Shown: positions 38,085-50,661 of the stretch, in pieces | How the letters are laid out: each line of letters opens with the position of its first letter | How positions within the stretch are numbered: position 1 is the first letter of the stretch | Source of the DNA: Mobula hypostoma | Taxonomy: Eukaryota | Direction of reading: 5' to 3' | NCBI RefSeq assembly: GCF_963921235.1 | Contig: NC_086097.1 | Location: forward strand, 36,644,001-36,708,000 | Length of the DNA stretch: 64,000 nt | Program-made: the position numbers and the translations under genes | Notes under the pieces: model-generated | Database searches by the model: none | The model's input: the letters and a program-made list of their open reading frames with translations, nothing else | Told to the model about the DNA's origin: nothing

Positions 38085-41050
38085 AGGAGTAGGTTTGTGG
38101 GCAGGTTTGCTAGAGCTGTTTGGGAGGGTTTAAACCAATTTGGCGGGGGGGGATAATAGAAACCAGAGTCAAAGTCAAAGTCAAAGTGAATTTTATTATC
38201 AGCGTACATACATGGGACCATATATTACCCTGAGATTCGTTTTCTGTGGGCTGAGATAGTACCTGCAGAAAAAGAGGAGTGATAAGACTGAGGATAGGGA
38301 TGTTGGTTTACAAGCAGAGGCAGTGTGTAGTGAGACTGTGAGGAAGGACAGGCTGATGACGGGGAAAAATTGCAGTCAGTGGGATGAGAAAGTCTAACCG
38401 AGGGCCAAAACTGAAAAGGATGATGAACACAGGACTGAAGGTGTTATATACGAATGCATGCAGTATATGGAATAAAGTAGAAGATCTTGTAGTGCAGTTA
38501 GATATTGGCAGGTATGATGTTGTGGGCACGTGGCCAAGTGGTTAAGGCATTGGACTAGCAAACTGAAGGTCGTGAGTTCAAGCCCCAGCCGAGGCAACGT
38601 GTTGAGTTCTTGAGCAAGGCACTTAATCACACATTGCTCTGCGATGACACTGGTGCCAAGCTGTATGGGTCCTAATGCCCTTCCCTTGGACAACACTGGT
38701 GTCGTGGAGAGGGGAGACTTGCAGCATGGGCAACTGCTGGTCTTCCATACAACCTTGCCCAGGCCTGCGCCCTGGAGAGTGAAGACTTTCCAGGCGCAGA
38801 TCCATGGTCTCGCAAGACTATCGGATGCCTTAGCTGAAAGAAGATCATAGCTGAAAGAACAGGCAGGTAGGCAGAGGGGTTGAGTGCTCTGCTGGTAAAA
38901 TATGAAATCAAATCTTTAGAAAGAGGTGGCATTGAATCAAAAGTTGTAGATTCCTTGTTGGTAGAGTTATGAAACTGCAAGAGTTAAAAAGACCCTGATG
39001 GGAGTCACATGCAGCCCTTCGAACAGTACCTTGGATATGGGCTACAAATTACAATGGGAGATAGAAAAGACATATCAAAAGGGCAATGTTGTGATAGTTA
39101 TGGGGGATTTCAATATGCAGGGAAATTGGAAAAATCATGTTGGTACTGAATCCCAAGGGAGGGAATTTGTAGAATTACTGCCAGATGGCTTTTTAGAGCA
39201 ACAGAAGGCAACTAAATAACTCATAGAGATTAAAGATAAAATATGAAGATAAGCTAGCCAATAATATAAAAGAGGACTCATTTTTTTCAGATATATAAAA
39301 AGGAAAGATGACAGTGGATATCGGACTAGTGGAAAATAATGCTGGAGAGGTAGTAATGGGGGGACAAGGAAATGACCAACAAACTTAGTAAGTATTTTGG
39401 GTCAGTCTTCACTGTGGAAGACACTAGCAAAATGGCAGAAATGCGAGAGTGCCAGGGGGCAAAAGTGAGTGTAGTTGCTATTATTAGTGAGGAGGTGCTT
39501 AGAAAGCTGAAAGGTCTGAAGGTAGATAAGTCACCTGGACCAGATGGATTACACCCTTGCGTTCTGAAAGAGTAGCTAAAGAGATCGTGGAGGCATTAAT
39601 AATGATCTTTCAAGAATCACTAGATTTTGGAATGGTTCCCGAGGACTGGAAAATTGCAAATGTCGCTCCATTCTTTAAGAAAGGAGAGAGGCAGAAGAAA
39701 GGAAATTATAGGCCCGTTAGCCTGACTTCAGTGGTTGGAAAGATGTTGGAGTCGATTATTAAGGATGAGGTTTCAGGGTACTTGGAAGCACATGACAAAA
39801 TAGGCCAAAGACAGCATGGCTTCCTTAAGGGGAAATCTTGCCTGAAAAATCTCTTGGAGTTCTTTGAGGAAATAACAGGGCAGGATAGACAAAGGAGAAT
39901 CAGTGGATGTCATTTGTTTGGATTTTCAAAAGGCTTTTGACAAGGTACCACACATGAGGCTGCTTAACAACTTAAGAACCCGTGGTATTACAAGAAAGAT
40001 ACCAGCATGATTAGAAGATTGATCGACTGGTAGAAGGCAAGGAGTCAGAATAAAGGCGGCCTTTTCTGATTGACTGCAGGTGACTAGTGATATATAGTGC
40101 GGTCTGTGTTGGGACATGTCTTTTCACGTTTTATGTCAGAGATTTGGATGAAGGAATTGATTGCTTTGTGGCCAAGTTTGAGAATGATTCAAAGATAGGT
40201 GGAGTGCCAGGTACTGTTGAGGAAGCAGAGAGTCTGCAGAATGACATAGACAGACTGGGAGAATGGTCAAAGAAGTATCAGATGGAATAAATTGCAGGGA
40301 AGTGCATGGAAGAAGGAATAAAGACACAGACTGTTTTCTAAGTGGGGAGAAAGTTCAGATATCATAGGTGCAAAGGGACCCATGCAGGATTCCCTGCAGG
40401 TTGAGTCAGTGATAACGCAGGCAAATGCAATGTTAGCATTCATTTCGAAAGCATACAAAAGCAAGGATGTAATGCTGAATCTTTATAAGTACATTAGTCA
40501 GATTGTACTTGGAATATTGTGAGCAGCTTTGAGTAAGATTTGCTGGAATTGAAGAGGGTCCACAGGAGATTCATGAGAATAATCCCAGGAATGAAAGAGT
40601 TAACATATGAGAAGCGTTTGATGGATCTAGGCCTGTACTCACTGTTTAGAAGAATGATGGGAGATCTCATTGAAACCTATTGAATATTGAAAGGCCTAGA
40701 TAGAATGGACGTGGAGAGGATGTTTCCTAGAGCAGAGGAATCTAGGACTTGAGGGTACAGCCATACAGCCAATAGAGAGATATCCATTCAGAATAGAGAT
40801 AATGCAATATTTATTTAGCCAAATGCTGGTGAATCTGTGAAATTCTTTGCTACAGACAGCCGTGCAGTCCAGGTTTTGGGTATATTTAAGGCAGAGGACA
40901 ATAGGTTCTTGATTAATCAGGGCATCAAACGTTACGGGGAGAAGACAGGAGAATGGGTTGGAGAGGGACAACAATTCAGCTACAATAGAATGGTGGAGCA
41001 GACTAAGTGGGCCAAATGGCTTAATTAAGCTCCTATGTCTTATGGCCTTA
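38085..41050 (+). mobile_element. Degraded near-full-length CR1 LINE
   Basis: Endonuclease start LKVLYTNA and VIVMGDFN; RT VPEDWKIANVAPFFKKG..GNYRPVSLTSVVGKMLE..QHGFLKGKSC; CR1 tail. Confidence 0.9.
38525..38830 (+). mobile_element. tRNA-derived SINE inserted in CR1
   Basis: A box TGGCCAAGTGG, B box GAGTTCAAGCCC, then a GAGCAAGGCACTTAA core. Confidence 0.8.
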
Positions 41051-41756
41051 TAGGAAGTAAACTGGTGTTTGCCTACCTGCAGGTAAAGCTTAACAGAACT
41101 GAGCATCCATGGGAGTGTTTTGGATGCATCTTTGAGCATTCAGAATAGCAGGTTCCAGATGGCCACTAATATTGTTTTTTCTGGCTTTACAAGTACCATT
41201 TAAGTCAGTCAAAACTGGTCAAGCATACTCCAAGGCATAAGCACATAACTTAAAGCAGCACAGTGTGGTGGGTAGCATTGCCTAGGTAAGTATTTTCAAG
41301 TGAAATCAATAAATTCAGCAAAGAACAAACAGCAAAGCCATAAGGCGATGCAGTGGTTACACAGGACAAACATCAGTGACAATCATGGTCGTGGTGTTTT
41401 CCTTAGACCAGCTGTTGACATGATCTGTTCCAGCTCCTGCTTATTGTGCTGTTCTCTGTCCCTTGTATTGTGGCAAGAGGCTTCACACTGTGCTCTGTCC
41501 AGTGCTGTTGGATCTTTACCTTGCACAGCAGCGAAGGAAGAAGCCACCCCACAGCAGTAAATAACAGCAAATGTTGCAGTGCAGCAGTTATAATTCTCAA
41601 ATGTAATGTAATACACATTGAATCTACTGGAGCAAAGGCAGCTCTGAAATGTTATCTCTCTTCCCTTTTCAGATACTGGCATATATTTCCTGTATAAAAT
41701 ACGCATCTTTTCTCTCGTCATTATGCTGAAGAAAGAGTGCTGGTGTCTGCTGCGGA

Positions 41757-42400
41757 ACACTGTGAAGGTTTTGGTGGCAGTCTGTTAAGGGGGTACAGAC
41801 GAGCCCTGCAAATACGATTGTCTGAGGTGACAGGATTTCCAGAACCAAGTTACCAGTTATGTAAGCATGTGTTGGCGTAATCACTAATGGGTGCTGGCTG
41901 TCCCTCGTTTCCGATGATAACATAATCTGTGCAGGAGTAGTTTTATAGTGAAAAAGCCATCGCACTGGGCAGTTCCACTCTCTCAGCCTCAAAAATCTAG
42001 GTGCAAAGGTATGAAAAATCGTCACAACTGGAGACTTCGTTGGCTGCAGTGGACAGCCATGATGCCTTCCGGGTTTTGTCATGCCCTTCGCTCTCCGCGA
42101 AGCATTGCAGCACCGCCTTCTTGCCCATCATATCTAGTAGTTGATCCGCCAGAACTGGCTTCGCATGCTGGGGAGGCATATCCCTACCTCACCGCGGTTG
42201 GAGGTTCCCAGCTACCCTCACCTCGCTTAGCTTGCCTGTCGATGCGGTGTACCGGGGTGCGGCCACTGTCGCTTGCAAACCGTTACTGAGAGTCACCAGT
42301 GAGAGCTGGGTGGGGTGGGGACCAAAGGTGGATGAGCTGCCCCTGGGCAGAGCTCGACAAGCCCACCACCAGAGGTGCTGCCCCTCCCTGGACACCCCAC
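41757..42400 (-). mobile_element. Probable 5' region of a non-LTR element (RTE/Ingi-like), non-coding
   Basis: GC- and CpG-rich block starting GGGGTGTCCAGGGAGGGGCAGCACCTCTGG on the minus strand. Family assignment is from recollection only. Confidence 0.35.
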
Positions 42401-42494
42401 TAATCACTAATGACAGCTGCTGTATCATACCAGAACATAGTTTTGGTTGAGGATCTATTAACTGCTGAGCCAACAATTAAGTACTTCGAATAGT

Positions 42495-42780
42495 TTAGCA
42501 TAGCAGTTAGCGCAAGGCTTTACAGTGCCCCAGCTGTAAGATCAAGGTTCGATCCCCACCACTGTCGGGAAGGAACTTGCATGTTCTCCCGTGACTGCAG
42601 GTGCTTCCTCTGGCCCTTCCCACATTGCCAAGATGCACGGTCAGGAATAATCTGTTATGGGCATGTTCCATTGGTACTGGAAACGTAGCAACACTTGTGG
42701 GCTGCCCATTCAACCGTCACTGATTTGATTTGACGCAAATGGTGCATTTCACAGTATGTTTCAATGTACATGTGATAAAA
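42495..42780 (+). mobile_element. V-SINE-like element with Rex-type tail
   Basis: Head tagcatagcagttagcgc...ggttcgatcccc; tail tcaatgtacatgtgataaa continues after the nested SINE. Confidence 0.65.
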
Positions 42781-42786
42781 AAAAAG

Positions 42787-43082
42787 TTAAAGTCTGTTCC
42801 GAGCCTTGAGGCCTATCAGACCGGTGCTTATGCCGGTTTCTGTGGCGTGAAGCGACTGAGAGTACGAGACTCCCCCCCCCACCCCCCACCCCCAGATAGG
42901 ACGCCAGTCTATCGCGAGATTAACCCCCAGCATTTTCCAGTACCCATTTTCAGCTGGGTGGACTGGAGCAGTGTGCGGTTAAGTGCCTTGCTCAAAGACA
43001 CAAGACGCTGCCTTGGCCGAGACTCGAACTCATGACCTTCAGATCGTGAGCCCAACATCCTAACCATTTGGCCACGTGCCAC
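42787..43082 (-). mobile_element. tRNA-derived SINE nested in the preceding SINE tail
   Basis: Minus head GGCACGTGGCCAAATGGTTAGG...GAGTTCGAGTCTC; GTGATAAAAA duplicated at 42772 and 43087. Confidence 0.8.
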
Positions 43083-43219
43083 AAACGTGATAAAAAGCTA
43101 ATCTTTAAAAAAACTGACATAAACTAAGATAACTACAAAAATCTTATGGTTCTTAGCGAAATCCATTTAACTTACAGGGATCAAAGCAATTACATTTTTT
43201 TGAAAACCTTTCCAACATA

Positions 43220-44012
43220 CATTGTGTAGACACTTTATTAGGTACCTCCTGTACCTAGTAACTGAGTATATGTTCATGATCTTCTGCTACTATAGCCCAT
43301 CCACCTCAAGGTTCAGAGATGCTCTGCTGTACATCACTGCTGTAACATGTGGTTACTTGTCTTACTGTGACCTTCCTGTCAGCTTAAACTAGCCATTCCC
43401 CTTTGACCTCTCTCATTAACAAGGCATTTTTGCTCACAGAACTACCGCTTACTGGACAACTTTTGCTTTTTGCACCATTCTCTGTAACCTCTAGAGACTG
43501 TTGTGCAAGAAAATCTCAGGAGATCAGCAGTTTCTGAGATACTCAGGCCACCACATCTGGCACCAACAATCATTCCACGTTCAAAGTTACTTCGACTACA
43601 CTTCTCCCCTATTCTGATGTTTGGTCTGGACAACTAGGGGTGCTACAGTAGCACAGTGGTTAGCGCAACGCCATTACATCTTGGACCGTGGGGGTTCAGT
43701 GTTCAATCTGACACTGTCTGTAAGGAGTTTGTATATCCTCCCCGTGAACGCATGGGTTTCCTCCCACAATCCAAAGACGGACAGGTTAGTAGGTTAATTG
43801 GTCATTATAAATTGTCTTGTGATTAGGCTAGGGTTGAATAGGTAGGTTGCTGGGCGGTGTGGCTCACTGTATCTCTAAATAAAGATTAAAATAAACAACT
43901 GAGCCTCTTGACCATGTCCGCATGCTTTTATGCACTGAGTTGCTGCCACATGATGAGATATTTGCATTAATGAGCAAGTGTACAGGTGTACCTAATAAAG
44001 TGGCCACTGAAA
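43220..44012 (-). mobile_element. Tc1/mariner-type non-autonomous DNA transposon
   Basis: TIR core cactttattaggtac / gtacctaataaagtggccactga; transposase N-terminal HTH remnant FERGMIVGARCGGLSISETADLLRFSCTTVSR. Confidence 0.85.
43636..43894 (+). mobile_element. V-SINE-like tRNA SINE nested in the Tc1 element
   Basis: TSD ACAACT (43630..43635 and 43895..43900); head gtagcacagtggttagc; core tgggtttcctccc..tccaaagac. Confidence 0.8.
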
Positions 44013-44225
44013 TCTATGTGATACAGAGCCTGATCCACAAAGGAATTAGAGTACAACCCCAACACTTTTCGCAGCATTGCAGCAACCTAACAATATAAAT
44101 AGTAGAGATGCTTCATTCCCTAATGAAACCAACACCTTTTATGCATGCTTACAAGGGAGAATAAAACTACACCTGTTGGAACTTCCACAACATTTGGAGA
44201 GCCTATATCTCAGAGGCCAATATGC

Positions 44226-45572
44226 AAAGTTCAAATTTCAAAGTTTACAGTAAATCTATTATCAATGCTCATATATGTTACCATATACTAACTCTAGATT
44301 TATTTTCTTGCAGATATTCACAGGAAAAAAAGAAATACAATAGAATTTACAAAAAAAAAACTAATTATAAACAGCAATTTATAAATGACAAATGTGCATA
44401 AGAAGACAAACTGTGCAAATAAAAAGTAATAGAGATAACATGAGTTGTAAGAGTCCTTGAAAGTTGGTCATCAGTAGGTTGTAGAATCTGTTCAGAGTAG
44501 TGGAGATATCAGTTATCTATACCAGTTTAGGACCCTGATGATTGAAGGGTAACATATGTTCCTGAAGCTGGTGCTGTGGGACCTACGACTTCTGTATGTC
44601 CTGCCAAATGGTGGTAGTGAGAAAGGGGCATGGCCTTGATGGTGGTGGTCTTTGATGGCTGCTGCTTTCTTGTGGCAGTGCTCCATGTAAATGTAGTCAA
44701 TGGTGGGGAGGGCTTTGACTGGGATGGACTGTGTTGTGTCCACCACTTCTACGGTCTTTTATGTTCCTGGACATTGATATTTCCATACCTGACTATAATG
44801 CAACCAGTTCAGAGACTCTTCACTGAGCACCTAGAAAAGTGTGTTAAAGTTTTTTATTGGGACATACCAAATCTATGCAAATGTCAAAGAAAGTAAAGGA
44901 CCTGTTGTGCCTTCCTCGTAATAAGGCTTATGGATTGGCCCTATCACAGAGCCTCTGGAATGGTAACAATAAAATTTAAAAGTACTAACCCTCTCTACCT
45001 CCATTCCCAGAGTGAGGACTGGCTCATGGGTCTCCAGCTTCTTCCTCCTGTAGTTAATAAATCAGCTCTTTGGTTTTGCTGACTTTGTGTGAAAAGTTGT
45101 TGTTGTGGCATGAATCAATCATATTTTCAGTCTCCCTCCTATATGTTGATTTTGTTTCGGCCAACAACAGTGCTGTTGTCAGCAAACTTACATATGGCAT
45201 TGGAGATATACTTATGTACACAATCATAAATATAAAATGAATAGAGCAGTGGGCTAAGCATAAAGCCCTGTGGTGCCTCTGTGCCGACAGTGAACGTGGA
45301 GGAGATGTCAGTGAGGAAATCAAAGAGCAAGGCCCAGGTCTCAGAGCTTGGTAGTAAATTTTGTGAGGATGACGCTGTTGAATGCCGAGGTGTAGTCAAC
45401 AAAGAGCGTCCTGACGAATGCTTTTTCTTTGTCTAGATGTTCCATAGCTGAGTGAAGACCAAATAAAATGGTGTCTGCTGTTGACCTGCTGTTATGGGAG
45501 GCAAATCCAGGTCACTCCTCATGCAGGTGTTGATATGCTTCACGACCAACTTCTTGAAGCACTTCATCACTG
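44226..45572 (-). mobile_element. Rex1/Babar LINE fragment
   Basis: APQGFMLSPLLYSFYIYDC...CKFADNSTVVG and VDTTQSI..LPTI. Confidence 0.8.
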
Positions 45573-45765
45573 TGTCTGAACATCCTCAAGAGGATGAACC
45601 TTAGCAAAGCATAGGCACTGATAGCGTACCTGGCCAGGGACTGAACACCTGTGCCAACCAAATGACTGGAGTCTTCAAGGACATCCTCAACCTCCCATTG
45701 GTGGAGTACATGGTTCCCGCCTGCATCAGTAGGGCAGCAATCATTCCAGTGCCCAAGAAGAGCAC

Positions 45766-46245
45766 TGTTAGGGTGTATTCTGGAGCTATGGAATATAGCA
45801 AGTATTAACTTCAACTGCAACCAGTCTTCAGATCTGACTGTGGATTGTAGATTGAATTTAAAGCGCAGCTCAGAACAATGAAGTTCTTAGAGCTACAGAC
45901 TGGGGTTAATTACAAACCAAGAAACACAGCATAGACTGGAGATGTCTGCAAATGCATGAATGCAGCTCAGAGACAGTGCCGATTAACATTCAATTTAGGG
46001 TGTATTGAGTATAAGTGTGCAGATCTGGGTGTTTGAATCAATGGAAGCAGTATGAATTCATTGTAACTATAGAATTATCCTGTTGTTTTCTTTCATTATT
46101 AGCATTTAAAAATGTGACGTAATATTTTGTCAGGGAGCTTCTCTGCAGAGTGACTCCAAATGCTGTCAGCTTGTGTGTGCTGAATAAAGACTTTAATACT
46201 GCTAGCTGTGTGCCACTCTGGTAGCTTTTGATGACAGTCACAACA
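45766..46245 (+). mobile_element. Solo LTR (480 bp)
   Basis: TGTTAGGG...CACAACA; AATAAA near 46183; flanks AGCAC and AGCAG; interrupts a Rex1 element; homologous to 36726..37336. Confidence 0.7.
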
Positions 46246-46354
46246 AGCAGCATGAGCTGCCTCTATGCCAAAAACCCAACAGCAATCCCATCTACCATCA
46301 TGAGGTGCTTCAGGAGATTGGATTTGGCAAGAATTAACTACTACCCGAACAAGG

Positions 46355-46800
46355 ACATGGTGAATCTGTGGAATTTGTTGTCACAGGCAGAGGTGGAGCC
46401 CAAGTCATTGGATACATTTAAGGTAGAAGTTGATAGATTCTTGATTATGAAACGATATGGGGAGAAGGCAGAAGACTGGGGCTGAAAGAGGAAATGGGTC
46501 CGCCTTAATGAAATGGTGGACCAGACTCAATGGGACAAGTGTCCTAATTCTGCTCCTATACCTTATGGACTTATGGATCTGCTTCAATGCAGCACAACAG
46601 GTCTACAGAGAAATCTCATTGTGCGTGGAATGGGCTGCCGGCGGCAGTGGTGGAGGCGGAATCGATAGGGTCTTTTAAGAGACTCCTGGATAGGTACATG
46701 GAGCTTAGAAAAATAGAGGGCTATGGGTAAGCCTAGGTAGTTCTAAGGTAAGGACATGTTCAGCACAGCTTCGTGCTGTAGGTATGTTTTTTATGTTGTC
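46355..46800 (+). mobile_element. Two CR1-like 3' ends
   Basis: VNLWNLL..FKVEVDRFL and a CpG-rich second tail from about 46620. Confidence 0.65.
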
Positions 46801-47418
46801 TAGATGCTTTAGAGCACCTAGACAAGCACAAGGCCGACAACCAATCACTGTGTATGAATTACAGCTTGGTATTCAACAGCATCATTCCCTCAGTACTATC
46901 AAAGCTTCAAAACCTGGACCTCTGTGCTCCTACCTCTGCAACTAGATCCTTGCCTTACATATGGCAGTCCACAATCGGTGTAGATTACTAATCGCATCTT
47001 CCTTGCTGACACAAGCGCACCTCAAAGATGCCTGCTTAGCCCTCTGCTCTACTCTGCCTACATTCATGGCTGTGTGGCTAAGCATAGCTCAAATATCATC
47101 TATAACTTTGCCAATGACATCATTATTGCTGGTAGAATCTCAGGCGGTGAAGGGGAGACGTGCAAGAGTGAGGTAGATTGGCTGGTTTAGTGGTTTTGCA
47201 ACAACAAGCTCGTACTCAATGTAAGCAAGACCAAGGAATTGATTATGGACATCACTGGAAGGGGAAGTCAGGAGAAGACACCCCAGTCTTCATTGAGAAT
47301 TCAGTGGTGGAAAGGAGGAGCAGCTTCAAGTTCCTGTGCCTCAGCATCTCACAGGATCTATCCTGGATCCAACACATTAATGCAATGACATAGAAGGCAC
47401 GCCAACTGCTCTACTTCA

Positions 47419-48452
47419 AAGGTTCAAAGGTTCACTTATTATCAAAGTATACAACTCGGGAATTCTTCTTCTCCGGGTAGTCATGAAATCAAGAAAGAAA
47501 AGAAAGGCAGCTTGATCACCAACCACCAAATCCCACCTCCCCACACAAAAAACAGAACTAAAATGGAACAGGCACATCAATGCCTAAGTCCCTCCTCCCA
47601 CACAAAACAACAAACAAAATAAATCAGGCACATTGACTCCAAATACCCCTCCCCACACAAAAAAATGAACAAAATGGAACAGGCACATTGACCCCCAAAT
47701 CCACCTCATTGCAAAAAAAAACAAGGATCGGGTGAAAAACACAAAATATAAACACTGTGAGACTGAAAAGCGGTCTACAGTCCAAGTCCACATCCAAAGC
47801 GCAGAAAACCTGAACAATACTTTCTGGGCACAGCAGCAGGCTCTCTCCTCTCCAGTAGAGAGTGATAAAAAAAAACAGGCAGCTGGTGCTCACCCTCTGT
47901 ACTCGCCGCGATGCTTCATTCTCCCTCATTACTTTAAATGGCACAGATGGAAGCCTTAATTGGTGAAATGGAGTCGAACGTCAGCTTGCATCCCATCCCG
48001 CAGCTTTCCCGCTACAAGGTTCGCACACACTGCCTCTGTCCTTCAGAATCCCCTCGGAGACTGCAGAGTGCTGATGAACCCAAACAATCTCCAAACTTCA
48101 GCAATTGCCTCGATGTTTCAATCTCCCTTGTTGCTTTAACTGGCGAACAATGGAAGCTTTAATCAGCAAAATGGAGTTCAACATCGGCTCACGTGATGGC
48201 TCGCAGCCTGGCCACCATGAGGTTCGCTCATACTACCTCTGCCTCCCAGAATCCTCTCGGAGACTGCAGAACACTGGAACACCCAAACAATCTCCGAGCA
48301 GTAAATCACAGGCTCCGACAGTTCCAGGATTACATCCAACATGAAAAGCAAGCGTAAAAGTCATAAAACAAGTGAAATATATGGTTTTATAATCTAACTA
48401 GAAGACGTCAATCGAAGGAGCATTGTACACAGGTGCATCTTGACTGGAAGGA
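47419..48452 (-). mobile_element. Non-coding retroposon (1,034 bp) with internal tandem repeats
   Basis: 9-bp TSD TCTACTTCA (47410..47418 and 48453..48461); 5' end CTTCCAGTCAAGATG; (GAACCTTT)n tail. Confidence 0.8.
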
Positions 48453-50099
48453 TCTACTTCATTACAATCTGAGGAAATTTGGTATTTCAACAAAGAATCT
48501 CAAGTTTCTTTAGATGTATGATGGAGAGCAATATAACTGCTTTCACCACAGCCTGTTTAGAGCCTCCAATGCATAGGATTGCAAGAGGCTGCAGAGGATT
48601 GTAAACTCAGCGAGCTTGATCATAGGCATAACTCTACCCATCATAGAGAGCGTCTTCAAGGGATGGTGCCTCATCATCTAGGACTTGCCTTCTTCTCAGT
48701 GCTACTTTCATGGAGGAGGTAGCAAAGCCTGAAGACCCACACTCAATGATTTAGAAACAGCTTGGTCCCTTCCATCATCAGATTTCTGAATGATCCATAA
48801 ACCTATGAATATTACCTCATTATTCCTTTGTGTTTTCGCTACTGTATTTTATTATTAAATTGATTTTTATGTCTTTGCACAGTACTGCTGTCAAAATACA
48901 ACTAAAGTTCACATTATATATCAGAGATAATAAATTTGACTCTAATCGATTCTATTCGCGGTATTTGCAGTTACCTTAAATTATAAAGGACAAGGTGCAA
49001 TTTCCTTCATCACAGCTTTTACTGGTCGCAGGACCATGCATCAAGAAGAACAAAGCACAATAAACTTTATTATTGGCTCAGCTGCTTAAGGGCATGCCTA
49101 CTAAAACAATTTTGGCTTAAAAGGCAGTAGTGGGGCATTACTCTACATGCAACTCCTCAATGCATTTGGGAGGTTCTATCTGGTGAAATAGGAAGCAGAG
49201 AACTCAAAATGCCATCAGGAGCTTGTACACCATTTGGGACTCATGAAGAATTTATTAACCGGGTGCTGGGTTATCATCATTATGTTAAAATTCTGTTGGT
49301 CAATGGATAAGGCAGATCAAATCAGACAACAAATATAATCATTGGCGTGCATCTCTACTGTACCCATGCAGTCAGCACAGCTGATGAAGAACTCAGATTA
49401 CACAGAAGACAGTGAGATCATTTTTACTTTCTGCAAATTGATATGAGAATGCAATTTCGGTGCTCTATTATCTCTAAACCAATTTCTTCAAACCACTGTT
49501 TTAGATCAGTAAGATTTTAGAGCAGGGGGAAGAGGCTATTTCTATTGATAGTGCCTTCATATGCTCTTTACTAAGATAATCATTATTTTGGTCCCCATTC
49601 CTATCCCTCTGTGTCCTACTTTGCTTCAGTACTTTCCCTTTTAGCAATTAAGCAATGCAAGGATCTCTCAATGTTGGGAATGGCACTGCTAGTGATGGAA
49701 TAGGCTGTGTCCACCACTTTGTAGACATTTTCGTTATGAGATACGTCTCATGACTAAAGTTTGTCCTCCTTCACTGAGTTCTTGCCAGCTTACCCTGTGT
49801 ATTGTCATCTAAATACATTTTCATTACTTAAATTGACCCTTAAATTGAACTTGGTAGCCAATCTAAACATCAGCCTGCATTTTACATTCATCTTTTTGTT
49901 CTTGTATTCCAGCTCATTCCCTTTCCATTAAAGTATACATATGCACACAACACAAATTTATATTCTTCTCTCAATTTTTTTCAATACTGACCAAGTTCTT
50001 CCCAAAATATATGTCCATTTTAGGGCATTTCTTCAACCAAAAGATCTTGGCGAGAATAACACAAGGTTCGTAAGCCTTCTTTGATTTAGAAAAGATATA

Positions 50100-50540
50100 T
50101 TTAAGATTGAAAGAGTGCAGAGAAAACTTGTAATGATATTGCCAGGACTTGAGGACCAGCAATGCAGGGAAAGGTTGAACAAGTTAGGACGTTATTCTCT
50201 ATAGTAAGGGAATTATGAGGAGTATAGGTAGGGTAAATGCGTGCAGGCTTTTTCTTTTCCCACTGAGGTTGGGTGAGACTAGAACTAAAGGATTAAGGGT
50301 GAAAGACAAAATGTTTAAGGGGAACATGGGGGGGAGGCTTCTTCACTCAGACCGTGGTGAGAGCAGATGTTGCGGATGTGAGTTTGATTTCAACATTTAA
50401 GAGACATTTGGATAGGTACATGGATGAAAGGGCCATGGTCCAATGGCAAGTGAATGGGACTATGTAGAATAATAGCTCAGTGAGGACCAGATGAGCTGAA
50501 GGGCTTGTTTCCGTGCTGAAATGTCCTAAGACTCTAATTC
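50100..50540 (+). mobile_element. CR1-like 3' fragment
   Basis: CR1 C-terminal remnant and tail gaagggcttgtttccgtgctg. Confidence 0.65.
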
Positions 50541-50661
50541 TGTCTTAAAATTGAACTGGAGAAGTCCCATATTTTTAAATAGGCATGAGATTGTCTAAGG
50601 ATAGTGGATCTATGAACCCGCTATGGTGTCATTTCTGGCAATCACTGACATTTTCAAATTA

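Larger units (their letters stand above)
44080..48950 (+). mobile_element. Old Rex1/Babar LINE broken into pieces by several later insertions
   Basis: Collinear pieces at about 44080..44222, 45575..45765, 46246..46345, 46800..47418 and 48453..48950 (AIPSTIMRCFRRL, NVSKTKELI, 3' UTR). Confidence 0.6.

Noticed and set aside
38525..38600. tRNA gene
   Set aside because: A and B boxes are present, but the sequence continues into a SINE core with no proper acceptor stem or terminator.
45960..46245. Apparent conserved non-coding element
   Set aside because: It is part of a solo LTR with a homolog at 36726..37336.
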